This document shows, piece after piece, positions 26,401-37,631 of a stretch of 64,000 bases of DNA. Every line of letters starts with the position of its first letter. Positions within the stretch are counted from its first letter, which is position 1. Location of the stretch: NCBI GenBank assembly GCA_010093815.1, contig ML996567.1. One strand, given 5' to 3'. The DNA is from Pseudovirgaria hyperparasitica (taxonomy: Eukaryota). Below the pieces are notes generated by a model. It saw only the letters and a list, made by a program, of their open reading frames with translations, was not told the origin of the DNA and did no database searches. Made by a program: the position numbers and the translations under genes.

Positions 26401-27097
26401 GCCGGACGGCACTTTCCTCATCCTCAACGGCGCACACTTCGGCGTCGCGGGCTTCGGCCTTGCCTCCGACCCGAACTTCAACGCCCTGCTCTACGACCCC
26501 CGGAAACCCGTCAATCAACGTATCAGTGTCATGGCAAATACCACCATCCCCCGCCTCTACCACAGCGAAGCCCTCCTCCTCCCCGACGGCCGCGTCCTCG
26601 TTTCAGGCTCCAACCCAGACGATGGACCCGACGCAGTCTCGACAAACGAATACCGCGTCGAGGTCTTCCTCCCACCGTACCTGCTCTCCGGCCTCCCCCG
26701 CCCCACCTTCACCCTCCCCTCCTCACTCTCCCCATCATCCTCCACAGCAGCAGTAAACACAACCGCTATCCCCTACGCCTCCACATTCACACTCACCCTC
26801 ACATCCGCACTCTCCTCCCCGCTCTCCAGCCTCCGCATCTCCCTCCTCGGCACTACTAGTAATACTCACGGCAATACGTTTGGCCAACGCACGTTTTTCC
26901 CCGAGTTTAGCTGTCGGGGAAACACGTGTACGGTTACGGCGCCGCCGGATGCGCATGTTTGTCCGCCCGGGTGGTTTATGGTGTTTGTGCTTGATGGGCA
27001 GGTGCCGAGTGTGGGGCAGTTTGTGAGGATTGGCGGGGATGTTGGGGGGCTGGGAGACTGGCCGCGAGTGGAGGGGTTTGTGGTGCCTGGGGTTTGA
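23447..27097 (+). CDS. Secreted copper radical oxidase AA5_1 (glyoxal oxidase-like) with four N-terminal WSC domains; 7 exons
   Basis: Signal peptide MTSLFSICLFLSASWFAAPSSA; four WSC repeats (GCY..AGxEY..EC.C..C.G..CGG); active-site motifs FCAAG, GRWYP, RLYHS, NTHG. Confidence 0.9.
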
Positions 27098-27451
27098 TTT
27101 CGGAACGAAGGAGGGAGGGGATAGTGGGGGGGTGGAGGGGGAGAGGGTGGTTTGAAGTGCTTGTTAGGTATACGAGTGATGTTCTTCGTTGAGAGGGTGG
27201 GGGGATATATGTATAGCCGTGATATGAGTCTATGATTTTTTTGTGCTTCTACTACCTCCTTCGTACTTCCCTGCTTCTGCCACGTCCTCTCTGGCCCTTG
27301 ACAACTATGCTTATGAACACGCCCTGCCTGACGTGCATGTGGCTGTATATATTGCTCTAGCCCCAGCTAGAGAAGATGTAGATGGTATAACTCGTCAATA
27401 AAGATCAGGCCTATCTACATATCCATCTAGACGTTATCCACAAGACACTCC

Positions 27452-29847
27452 CTACAACAACTTCGACACCCCGCCCGGCGCCCACTCCTCATACCGCCTC
27501 CTCATATCCGCCGTAATCATCCTCGGCACATCCCCCAACGCCTTCTCAAAATGCCTCATCCCCACCCTCGGCATCTCCCCCTTCTCCCCACCCTCCCACT
27601 CCGCCGCCGCCTCCTCCGCCGCAACATCGCAGATCCGCACTACTTCCGCGCCGGAACATCCCTCTGTGCGCTCCGCCAGCACATCGACGTCGACGTCCTG
27701 CTCAAGCTCTCTGCGACGGTTGCGCAAGGTGAAGATCTCGCGGCGGGCGGGGGTGGTCGGGGGCCCGACGTATAGAATCGTGTCTATGCGGCCAGGGCGC
27801 AGGAGGGCGGGGTCGAGGGCCTCGGGGGCGTTAGTAGCTGCGATGACGAGGACGTTGCTGAGGGTTTCGATGCCGTCCATTTCGTTGAGGAGGGTGGTGA
27901 CGACGTTGAGGCCTGGAGTGTGTATGTTGTTGTTGCGGGAGGAGGCGGCGATGGCGTCGATTTCGTCGAAGAAGATGACGCTGGGGGAGGCGGCGCGGGC
28001 GCGGGTGAAGAGGGCGCGGATGGCGCGTTCGGATTCGCCGACGTACATGTTTAGGAGCTCGGCGCCTTTGACGGCGAGGAAGTTGAGGCCTGCTGAGGAG
28101 GCGACGGCTTGGGCGGTGAGGGTCTTGGAGCAGCCTGGGGGACCGTAGAGGAGGATGCCTTTTTGCGGGGTGAGGGAGAGGTGTTTGATTAGGGCTGGAT
28201 ACTGTGTTTCGGGGTGGGTTTGTTAGTTTTCGGTTTGGGGGTGGGGAGGAAAAAAGGGGGGAGGAGGATTTGTTTACGTACTTTGTAGGGACGCACGGTG
28301 ACTTTGTACATTGCTTCTTTGACGGCTTCGGCGCCGCCGATGTCTTCCCAGCGGACTTTGGGGGTTTCGAGGAATACTTCTTTCATGGCGCTGGGGCGCA
28401 CTTCGTGGAGTGCTGAGGTGAAGTCTTGTTCGGTTAAGATGTCGGTCGAGATGTGTGCTGGGGGTTGGTCGGTGTCTGGGATGGGCTCGGAAGGGGGTGC
28501 GGCGTCGACTCGCTCTTCGGCCTTCTCGAGTGCGACTATGCATAGTTCGACGAGGTCTCGGCCTACGTATCCGTGGGTGCGTTCGCCGATGCGCTCGCAG
28601 AGCGGGTCTTGTTTAGTGGTGTCGAGGATCGATTTGAGGATACTGCCACGCGCCCTGGCATCAGGAACTGGTATCTCGATGACTTTGCTGAACGTGTCGT
28701 AGGACCTCAGGGACTTGTCGACGGCCTGGAGACTGCGCGCAGCTGCCACTACAAGCGTCCGCTCTCCCTTCAAAGCACGTAACCGAGACGCCAGACTGTC
28801 AAGCAAATCTCTTCGAGCAGACTCTGCGTCTCCAAAGACGGTTTCCCAGTGATCTATGGTGACGAGACTTGGTTGGACCTGCTCAGCTTTTGCGAATATC
28901 TCTTTCAGCTTGGCATGTGCATCCTTTGCGGTCGTGCCTAGAGTTGCCGGGCTGATCTCGAAGACGTGCGGTCCGAAGGCTGCTGCGAGGCCTTGGATGG
29001 TCATGGTCTTGCCTGTTCCCTCAGGGCCATGAAGGAGGATACCGGCGCCGCGTCGGCATTTTGGTGGCCTCGTCCAGTTTGTCTTCGTCTTATTGTCATC
29101 TATCATGCGAGAAATGGACTTTGTCAAGATGTCCAATTGCTGCTCAAGACCACCAATGGTTGCAAAGTCAGGCTTGGGCGCAGCTTTCAATACTATTTGC
29201 GGACATTCCTCTACGAGCGAATTGACATCACCAGGCGTGTCTAGAACGATCTTCGTTCTGTGGTCGACTTTGTATAAAGTACTAGACGTGGCTGCTGGCT
29301 CAATAGCATGTATCTGCAACTGACGCTTCCTAGACTTGATCTTCGACACCACATCGATTGTGTATGGAGAGCACGCACTCGAAGCAGCAACTGACAGCGT
29401 CAGTCATGGAGAAGCCAAAAGATCTACGCATCTATACATACACAACAAAATATGGATACAGAACAACGCCTGTTCAAGGTCCGCAAAATCCTCTAGCAAA
29501 GACCCACGTTCGCTGATATCTGTAGACCTAAGGTACACCGTGTCTGCATGTATCCTACCATCAGCGCCCTTTTCTATGCTGACCTTTTCCTGGAAAGAGA
29601 GGCCGTAAAAGTTCTTGAAGGATTCTGTGACCTTCGCTATAGGCTTTGCATTATTTGCATTGGGGCTTTTATACAGCCAAGCAAATCCGTATACTGGCTT
29701 TCCACTGGCGTCTTTCAGTATGCATAGCTCGCCATTCTTCAAGCCGCACTGCGTCAGGCTTGAGCTAGTGAGATATATTCGAAAAGCTGCTTCCAGCGAG
29801 TTCGAGTCGCTGCCTCCTTCGTAGGGTCTGACTGTGAAGTCAGGCAT
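27452..29847 (-). CDS. AFG2: Type II AAA+ ATPase Afg2/Drg1 (SPATA5-like); 3 exons
   Basis: D1 GILLHGPEGTGKT; linker VRPSAMKEVFLETPKVRWEDIGG; D2 GILLYGPPGCSKTL, IFFDEID, ALLRPGRID. Confidence 0.82.
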
Positions 29848-30061
29848 TCTGCGACGTGTGCTGTCCTGCTATGGTGCACTATTTGATTCCCAAGAAGAGA
29901 AAGTATAAAATTGCAATTGGAAATTATTAGCAAAATCATGATATGTGTCACCGCTCCGTATAAATAGGAGCTCGGTTTATGATTACGTAATTAATATTCC
30001 CTTAGGCTTCCGTGATGCGGTGACTCCAGTCCTTCTGGATATAATTGCCCGACACCTCTAC

Positions 30062-31757
30062 ATGAAGCGCTCACTGTGCCTGCCGCCCGACTTTCTGATA
30101 CCCGCCTTTGCGACTCCATCTCAAAATTTATTCGCGAGATGCTCGCACAACGTTGCCCACCGACGATATGCCTCTGATGGCAAATCCAATTCTTACCCGG
30201 TGAAACCCGACACAGCGAGCCAAACGCCTCTAAGGATCTCTCGAAGCACATCACTTAAAGGTTCAGGCTTCTCAGCAAAATGGCCGAGAGATACCAGTGG
30301 AAATGTTCCAATCAGGTTCTTTCCTGCTCTACCTGGTGCAAGACAAGCACGAGCTTCACCTGCACATTTCAGAAGAATAAAACTTGAATCGGCGCGAGAC
30401 AGTGATCTCAAACAGCCCGAGCGCAGTACTGAAATCGCAAGATCAGGTAAAGCGAACTCCAAGACGAATTCTTTATTGAACGAGCTGTTTCCAGAGGTAG
30501 CGCAAAACAAGCCGGACGCCGATGATACACTTCGGAATTCAACGACAGCATATGCGCCCCCTCGAAGGGCACCTGAAATCACCTTTGACAAAGGGATCCA
30601 CAATGATGAAAAGTCAAAGTCAACTTCGCTCCTGGATGAGCTATTCCCAAAAACAAGACTCAGTAAAATGAGAGACCTGAAAACACTTGGCCACATTCCG
30701 GTCCCTCGACTTCATATTTCAACTGCGCGTGCTGGCGAGACTCGTAGTCCTGACCCGTCGATATCTGCCGAGGACAAGTATGCTCCCGGTGGGCAAAGTC
30801 GCAAGGAGGACATACGTGCACAATACGAGTTCAATCGACAGGAATTCTCGGTTTTGATGCTGAAGGGTGCCTCTCGAAACCTGAGCGAGGATGACTTTAG
30901 AAGAATTATTCCTCGAGGTAAGCACATTGCTGAGTGGCCAATTGGATCCGACATTCAAAGAGGTAAGTCTTGTAATTGCTTCAACAGCTTGAATAAGCGT
31001 GCTCATGTATATCCCAGTCATTCCATTGCGCAATACATGGTCATTAGAGCGGACTGGGTCGTATTGCATCGTTTTTGCGAACAAAAGGGCTGCCATGGAG
31101 TACAGTGCACACGCGCACAAAGCAGCAAGGCTAAGTTCTATGGCAGCGCCGACTTCGCTCTTGGGAGCAATTCCAGCTGCGCCCGGATGCGAAGAGGATG
31201 GCATTGATTTGTATGCTTTGAGGCAATCCTTCACTCTAGCGCCCGACGGAAACGACTTCTCGCTCGAATATCTGGAACGTCCGTACCTTGGCCACATGTA
31301 CCATTTGTTAGCCAACGGCGGTTACTGCCCAATAGTCGAACACAATGCAGCAGCTCCATCCTCATCGTCTAAACTAGACAGTCCGCCGCCTAAGACAAAA
31401 GTCCTGCTGACCGCACATGGAGGATCTACCATGGCAAAAAGAAGCCTTATCGCTGCGATTAGAGCCGACGGAAAAGAGCGCGGAGAGCTTTGGAATCTCA
31501 AACATTGGCTTTATGGCATACAGAGGTTGCAAGACGTGCTATACACAGCTGCAAGGAACGGCTATATGCGCTGTGATGAAGTCTCCCTGGAACAACTAGA
31601 GGAGCAAACATACAATCGATGGATACTGGACTTTGAGGATCCTGTGAGTGCGAGACAATTTGTACAGACATGGCATGGCAGACAGCTGAGCCCTCCGGAG
31701 CATCATGATAAGAATTACATGCATCCCGACCTTGTCGTGACTGAAGTTCTCTGGTAG
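30062..31757 (+). CDS. Fungal hypothetical protein, possibly mitochondrial (intron 30963-31017)
   Basis: Two long ORFs joined in frame by GTAAGT..CCCAG; Arg/Ser-rich presequence-like N-terminus; ASRNLSEDDFRRIIPRGKHI and ARQFVQTWHGR blocks look protein-like. Confidence 0.7.
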
Positions 31758-31989
31758 GGTTTGTAGAGTATGTACACTACAAATAGACTTGGCTTCTTCA
31801 TTTGGCGATCGCATATCTACACACCAGAAGCTAGACTGAAGAATGCGCGTTGAGCATCCCAGAGGGTAATGACGTACTTCAGCGAAGCGCTTGAGGTTAC
31901 TCGGCTGGAAATGGTATCCTGATTCAATGACGGCCTGCTTTTCCCGGAGTTCAAAGGTGCTACTACCAGGGCATTTACAAAGCTGCATT

Positions 31990-33009
31990 CTATGCATCCA
32001 TCTGCCAGGCATATTCCAATTCTTGTCTGTTGACCTTCTTGTTCTTTGCCGCAAAATATTCCTTTTCAAAACCATTACTCCTATCGACGCCATCCCACCG
32101 ATATCCAGGTCGAATCCCGTATCGATTAGGTGCTGCAGCACCCTTGTACAACGGCTTACCCGTAACGCTTCGGCCCTCTTTCTTCTTAACCAGAAAGCCT
32201 GCCGCCGGATCGTTCCACCGATCCTTGTCTTTCATCTTATCGTTCAATTCCTCGTCATCAGCATATCTCGATAATGTCATATACTTTGCATCCTTGAGCT
32301 GTTGTTTCCGTGCCGCCTGTTCAGCGAGCTGAACATCTCCTTTCGCCATTCGTACCTCCGCGACTTTCTTCCGCTCCTCTTCCTCTGCCTTCTTACGCGC
32401 CTCCGCACGCTTCATTGCCACATTTATAATTCGCCCCGATGCGTCACGATATATTGTTTCATGCTCCTTGCCTGACCGTGCAGCACTTGCCGCACCATAC
32501 GCCTCTCGTTCTTCCCGCTCTTTGATTTTGATGGCGGCTTCGACCTGCGCGGCTGTCTGTAGACCGGCGAAGGCACCAGACTCCATCTTCATAATGTTTT
32601 CTGAATCTTCGACCGTCGGCGCTTCATCTTCAGCACCTGCGCGGACCGAGTTTTCGGCCGCGGCAGATGCAATGATGGCGTCTGCGGCAGCTTGCTCGGC
32701 ATTGGATGGCGCTGCACTCCCGACAGTTTTCCAGCCGGACTTCTTGAGCTTGCGGCGTTCTATGCTCTGGCCAGATACTACGGCAACATCAGCATTATAC
32801 TGGCTGGTAGACCTATGAGACCTACTTGTTGTCGGTCCATCGTCATCTTCTTCGTTTTGCTTGCCATTCCGCCAACTGTTGTCCTCATCCTCTATGATGA
32901 GTCCTTCTGTGGGAGCGGCGGTACCCTTGCGCTTCCTCTTCTTGCTCTTCTTTTCCGATCTATCATCCGCATTCAGATAGTTCTTTGCGAGATAGTCTGC
33001 GAGCGACAT
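31990..33009 (-). CDS. BUD13: RES complex splicing factor Bud13/Cwc26 (probable intron 32778-32825)
   Basis: MSLADYLAKNY, ETIYRDASGR, RWNDPAAGFL, PNRYGIRPGYRWDGVDRSNGFE. Confidence 0.92.
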   Translation of the reverse strand: MSLADYLAKNYLNADDRSEKKSKKRKRKGTAAPTEGLIIEDEDNSWRNGKQNEEDDDGPTTSRSHRSTSQYNADVAVVSGQSIERRKLKKSGWKTVGSAAPSNAEQAAADAIIASAAAENSVRAGAEDEAPTVEDSENIMKMESGAFAGLQTAAQVEAAIKIKEREEREAYGAASAARSGKEHETIYRDASGRIINVAMKRAEARKKAEEEERKKVAEVRMAKGDVQLAEQAARKQQLKDAKYMTLSRYADDEELNDKMKDKDRWNDPAAGFLVKKKEGRSVTGKPLYKGAAAPNRYGIRPGYRWDGVDRSNGFEKEYFAAKNKKVNRQELEYAWQMDA

Positions 33010-33221
33010 CTTGTGTTGACTGGAAGTGTTGTAGTGTTTTGACTAACCTTGAGCCCGACTTGTGACGTTTAAGTTGCGGATATGGGCGATGCGCGACTGG
33101 CTAAGGAGCAGGCATTTTCGCGCTCCAACTTTCTTGTGACTCCAACATCAATTTCACTTTACCCCTCCTCGATTGTCGACCCAGAAGTACGCCGTTCACA
33201 AACTCGACACACGTCTCAGAT

Positions 33222-34409
33222 ATGCCTCCAAAGAAGCCTACTGCCGCAACTCAACCCTCTTCAAAGCCAGACATGGACAATCTCCTCTCCTATACGATCC
33301 GCACTCAAACTCTCCTCACACAGCTGTTGACCTCTGTGACGAATCCCCCGACGTCCATTCCTACTCTTCCTCCAGATCAGCGTGTCCTGAATCCTCTCAC
33401 TATTCTCCGCGACTCAGGGAAGCTCCTTCACGCTCACACCACCAAGCTGTCCCTCATGATCATGAACAAACCGTTCGGCGCAAAGTCAATGACGGCCGAA
33501 CTGAAGGCATGCGTGGAAAAGTGCATTATGGGCATGATGGGTGCAGTGGACATATTGTCTTGCTCATGGCATCCGATTTCCCCAAACTCCGATAATCCGG
33601 GTAGTGCAGACGTCAGCGATCAGAGCATCTGGGGAGATATGATGATTAGGGAAGCACGCACCCGGGTCGCGCGCGTAATCAGAGAGATGTTGGTCATGGT
33701 ACAAGAGCTACGTACGCTCACCGAGACAGAAGCTGGGATCTTAGACTCTCCTAGCTCGGACGCAGTCTCTCAACGCGACAACTTATCCTCAACTGGCGTT
33801 GTATGGGAAGCATGCGACTCGCTCGTCGCATTAGAGAAGCTTAGTCTGCCCGGTCTCGCCGTAATGAAAGCAACTCAATATCACCAAACACTGAAAGATG
33901 CTTTGGCAGAGCTGAAAGAGTGGGCGGAAGAAGTCGACGGGGACGAGGCCGACTTCTCCGATGAAGGATTTTCAGACGAAGACGATGAGCTAGACGCTAT
34001 ATTCGGCGCATCAAAGAGATTACCCAAAAACGATACTGCCCTACGTGAGCAGGTAGAACGCACAAACAAAAAGTTATCTTCAATCGCTGTGTTATACCAA
34101 GCTTTAATCAAGCGTCGACTGAAACCATTCATATTCACATTTCCACCAAGTGCAGCGACAGAGCATACCTTGTTACGTCGCACAAAACGATTAAACCAGA
34201 TCATAGATGAGCTGAAGAGTATCCCCGACGAAGTCGATGAATTGGCTGGGGCTCTGTATGAGCTGGACGGCGGGTCTGCAGAGGCAAGGCTGAAAAACTG
34301 TATCGATATGGCGTCGGAAGCTGCTGCTCTTGCGAAGCTAAATTGGGACGGACAGGAGGACGAGTTTACTGTATGGAGTGGAAAATGGAAAGGCAGTGTA
34401 GAGTCATGA
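33222..34409 (+). CDS. GCIP / cyclin-D1-binding protein 1-like protein
   Basis: Intact 395-aa ORF with AHTTKLSL, STGVVWEACD, an acidic linker and VDELAGALYE. Confidence 0.65.
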   Translation: MPPKKPTAATQPSSKPDMDNLLSYTIRTQTLLTQLLTSVTNPPTSIPTLPPDQRVLNPLTILRDSGKLLHAHTTKLSLMIMNKPFGAKSMTAELKACVEKCIMGMMGAVDILSCSWHPISPNSDNPGSADVSDQSIWGDMMIREARTRVARVIREMLVMVQELRTLTETEAGILDSPSSDAVSQRDNLSSTGVVWEACDSLVALEKLSLPGLAVMKATQYHQTLKDALAELKEWAEEVDGDEADFSDEGFSDEDDELDAIFGASKRLPKNDTALREQVERTNKKLSSIAVLYQALIKRRLKPFIFTFPPSAATEHTLLRRTKRLNQIIDELKSIPDEVDELAGALYELDGGSAEARLKNCIDMASEAAALAKLNWDGQEDEFTVWSGKWKGSVES

Positions 34410-35041
34410 TGGCAGAATATTGCGCACTCCAGCGACCATTTTCTGACCTATGAGTCTCATCTGTCACATAGAAAATGGAGGCACAGGGACGCTTGACAAT
34501 GCGTTGTCGCCGGGTTAACAACTCTCATACGGCCACTGCTTGTCAACCGCATACGTGCAGAGAGCCACGCTCTTATGAGACTCTGTCTACGACTGCGCGA
34601 CCTCCGCACCCGTTCAAAGCTTTAGGAAACCCCTGTCGAAAATGGTCAGGCCTCTAGCCAAGGTGCAGCAGATCTCCGCTTGGGCGCATAAAGCAGATTC
34701 CGCGCTGGTAGATATATCAAGCTGATACAGTAAATAATTCAAGTCAGTGTGAAGGCGAGTCAAAAATGTTATGTTCAATCGAAGAAATAGGGGAGCAGTA
34801 TATTCCCGATCTAACTATATACTACCTAGTATCCATGACAGATCCTCCTCAAGCAACAGGGGTCGGCGCCCGCACTATGTATGACGTGGGCGTGGATTGC
34901 GCCAAGGGCGTCCGACAGCTCGCTGGATTCTTGCTTCAGCGCACATGCAGCATTCTCTCTTCAAATTCCTGGATATCCCTATATGGACGAGCTCCATACC
35001 CTTTGATCTCTATAACCTATATTCCTTAGAGTTGGCTCAGC

Positions 35042-37466
35042 ATGACCTCATCACCTAAGAACTCTGGTCCCCAAACAAACCTGGATGTTGACTATGTAAT
35101 CAGCTACAGATTCGCAGACAGTGGTTGGCACACTCGTGATCTGAAGCTTCAAGGCATATTCTAACTTCTGTAGACAAAGCCACAGCTGCGGCAAAGTTTG
35201 AGAAGCTCTGTCATAGCCTATCATCTGCGGGTCTCGCTACGGAGGTACGCAACGGCGAAAACCATTCGCTCCTCCTGTTCGTGAAGGTCGCTTCCGAAGA
35301 GCATCTCTACGGCGAGGTATACCGATCGAGGTAAGATCTTTATCCCGTTGGAGTTGGCCTGCGCTCACCCATATTAGGGTACATGATTGGATCCATGGCG
35401 TAAGAGCCGCGGCGCCACCAAAAGACACTCGAACAGCACTTGAATCCGAACCTCTCTCGGAAGCCGAGCGCCTGAGGATTATATATCAGCTCATCACAAA
35501 TCCAGAAGATGAGGGGGGCGCGGGCATTACGCCTAAAGAGGGAGAATGGAAAGAAGTGGAGAGCATCTTCGCCCTTCACGACCACTCGTATAACAAGGAC
35601 TGGATCAAACAGTGGAGCAGAGTCTGGTATCTGAAGACGGAGGATTTAGATGAGATACGAAACCGTCTCGGTGAAAAGGTGAGCGTTATTTCTGATATCA
35701 GTGAAATCTTTGACTAATCTCTCCAGATTGCCTTTTACTTTGCATTCACGCAGTCCTATTTTGCGTTCCTCGTATTTCCCGCAATCTTCGGCGCATCAGC
35801 GTGGCTACTCCTCGGAAACTTTTCCCCCTTGTATGCGATTGTGAACGGCATATGGTGCATAGTTTTTACAGAGTGGTGGAAGCACCAAGAGAGCGACCTC
35901 GCAGTCCGCTGGGGTGTCCGCAATGTCTCCAAGATTGATGTCAAAAGGAAGGATTTCGAGCACGAAAGGGAAATCAAAGATCCGGTCACTGGGGAGACAA
36001 TTAGGATCTTCTCTGGCACGAAACGTTTGCAGAGGCAACTATTGCAGTTGCCATTTGCTCTGGGTGCTGCAGCATTACTCGGGACCCTGATCGCCACGTG
36101 CTTTGGCATCGAGGTTTTCATTTCAGAAGTCTACAATGGGCCGTTCAAGACTGTTTTGGTACGTCTCTTGACTTCTCGGTCGATTCCATACAGCTTACAT
36201 GCAGCAGGTTTTCCTACCGACTGGTATATTGACAATCGTTATGCCCATTTTGACTGGCCTCTTGACGGACTTTGCGACTCGTCTCACCGCATTCGAAAAC
36301 TATGAGACCCATAGTGCCTACGAGGCTGCTCTTACCAGAAAGATATTCATTATCAACTTCATTACCTCGTACCTGCCGATCTTCCTAACAGCTTTTGTCT
36401 ACGTTCCCTTCGGCAGCATCATTGTCCCATATCTTGATGTTTTCAGTCTTACTGTCAAGCCATTCGCAGAGAATGAAAAGCAACTCACCTCACCAAAGGT
36501 TGGATTTGCGATCAATCCTGATCGATTGAAGAAGCAGGTCATATACTTCACTGTGACCGCTCAGGTAGTCAACATGGCAATGGAGGTCATTGTGCCATAC
36601 CTTAAGAGACAGGGCTTCATGAAATACAAGGAGATTCAGAGCAAGCGGGCTGGAAACAATGGAACCCTTGACGTCGCTGCGAATGATCCACCAGAAGAAC
36701 ACCAGTTTCTGAAAAGAGTCCGCAACGAGGCAACTCTATCTATATACGACGTAACAAGTGACCTCAGAGAGATGGTTGTCCAAGTGAGTATTATTATTCT
36801 GTGTGGAATCCGCCGACTAACAAGGTACAGTTTGGATACCTCTCGCTATTCAGTGTGGTCTGGCCTGTCACCGCGGTTTCTTTCCTCGTGAATAATTGGT
36901 TCGAACTCCGAGCCGATGCTATCAAGATCTGCGTCGAGATGCAACGGCCGGTCCCATGGCGCTCAGACACAATCGGCCCGTGGCTAGACAGCCTTGAGTT
37001 CCTCGCATGGGTCGGAAGTATGTCTACAGCCGCACTTGTCTTTCTGTTCAGCGACGACGAAGCAGGCCCGCATGGTACTCCGTACGGCATCAAAGTCTGG
37101 GGCCTCCTGCTCGCCGTGTTCTTTTCCGAGCACATCTTTCTCACGGTCAGATGGGGAGTTCGCGTGGCAATCAGCAAACTCGAATCCCCTGGTCTTCAAA
37201 AGGAGCGACGGGAACGGTTCATGGTACGAAAGCAGTATTTCAATGAGAGCTTGGGGCAGCTCAGCAAGTCTCCAGCGATGGGTGAGAGTTACACGGAAAT
37301 ATCCCGCCAATCTCTCGAAGATGATGCTAGGGACGCAAGCCTGAGTGCCAGCAGTCCAGAATCGAGATTCTGGAGTAGGCAGAAAGGGTGGCAAGAGAGT
37401 GCCAAGGCTGGTACAGGACTGATGGAGAAGTACGCTGCTGGAAACGAAACGAAGAAAAGCCAGTGA
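35042..37466 (+). CDS. IST2: Anoctamin/TMEM16 scramblase-channel (Ist2-like); exons 35042-35123, 35174-35330, 35378-35678, 35728-36159, 36208-36783, 36831-37466
   Basis: FALHD, IRNRLGEKIAFYFAF, FENYET, DLREMVVQFGY, NNWFELRADAIKI, DTIGPWLD. Confidence 0.9.
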
Positions 37467-37631
37467 GACTGGTTACAGACACAGTTAGGCACATTTCCAT
37501 AGGCAACGACACCGCATGACAAGGTGATGAGCGGCTCGTTCGGTCCTTAGTACATTACATATAGCTTAGTTTCTGTCTGGGTACGGAACTATTCGACATC
37601 ACTACTAAACAAAGACTTTCCTCTCCTAACG

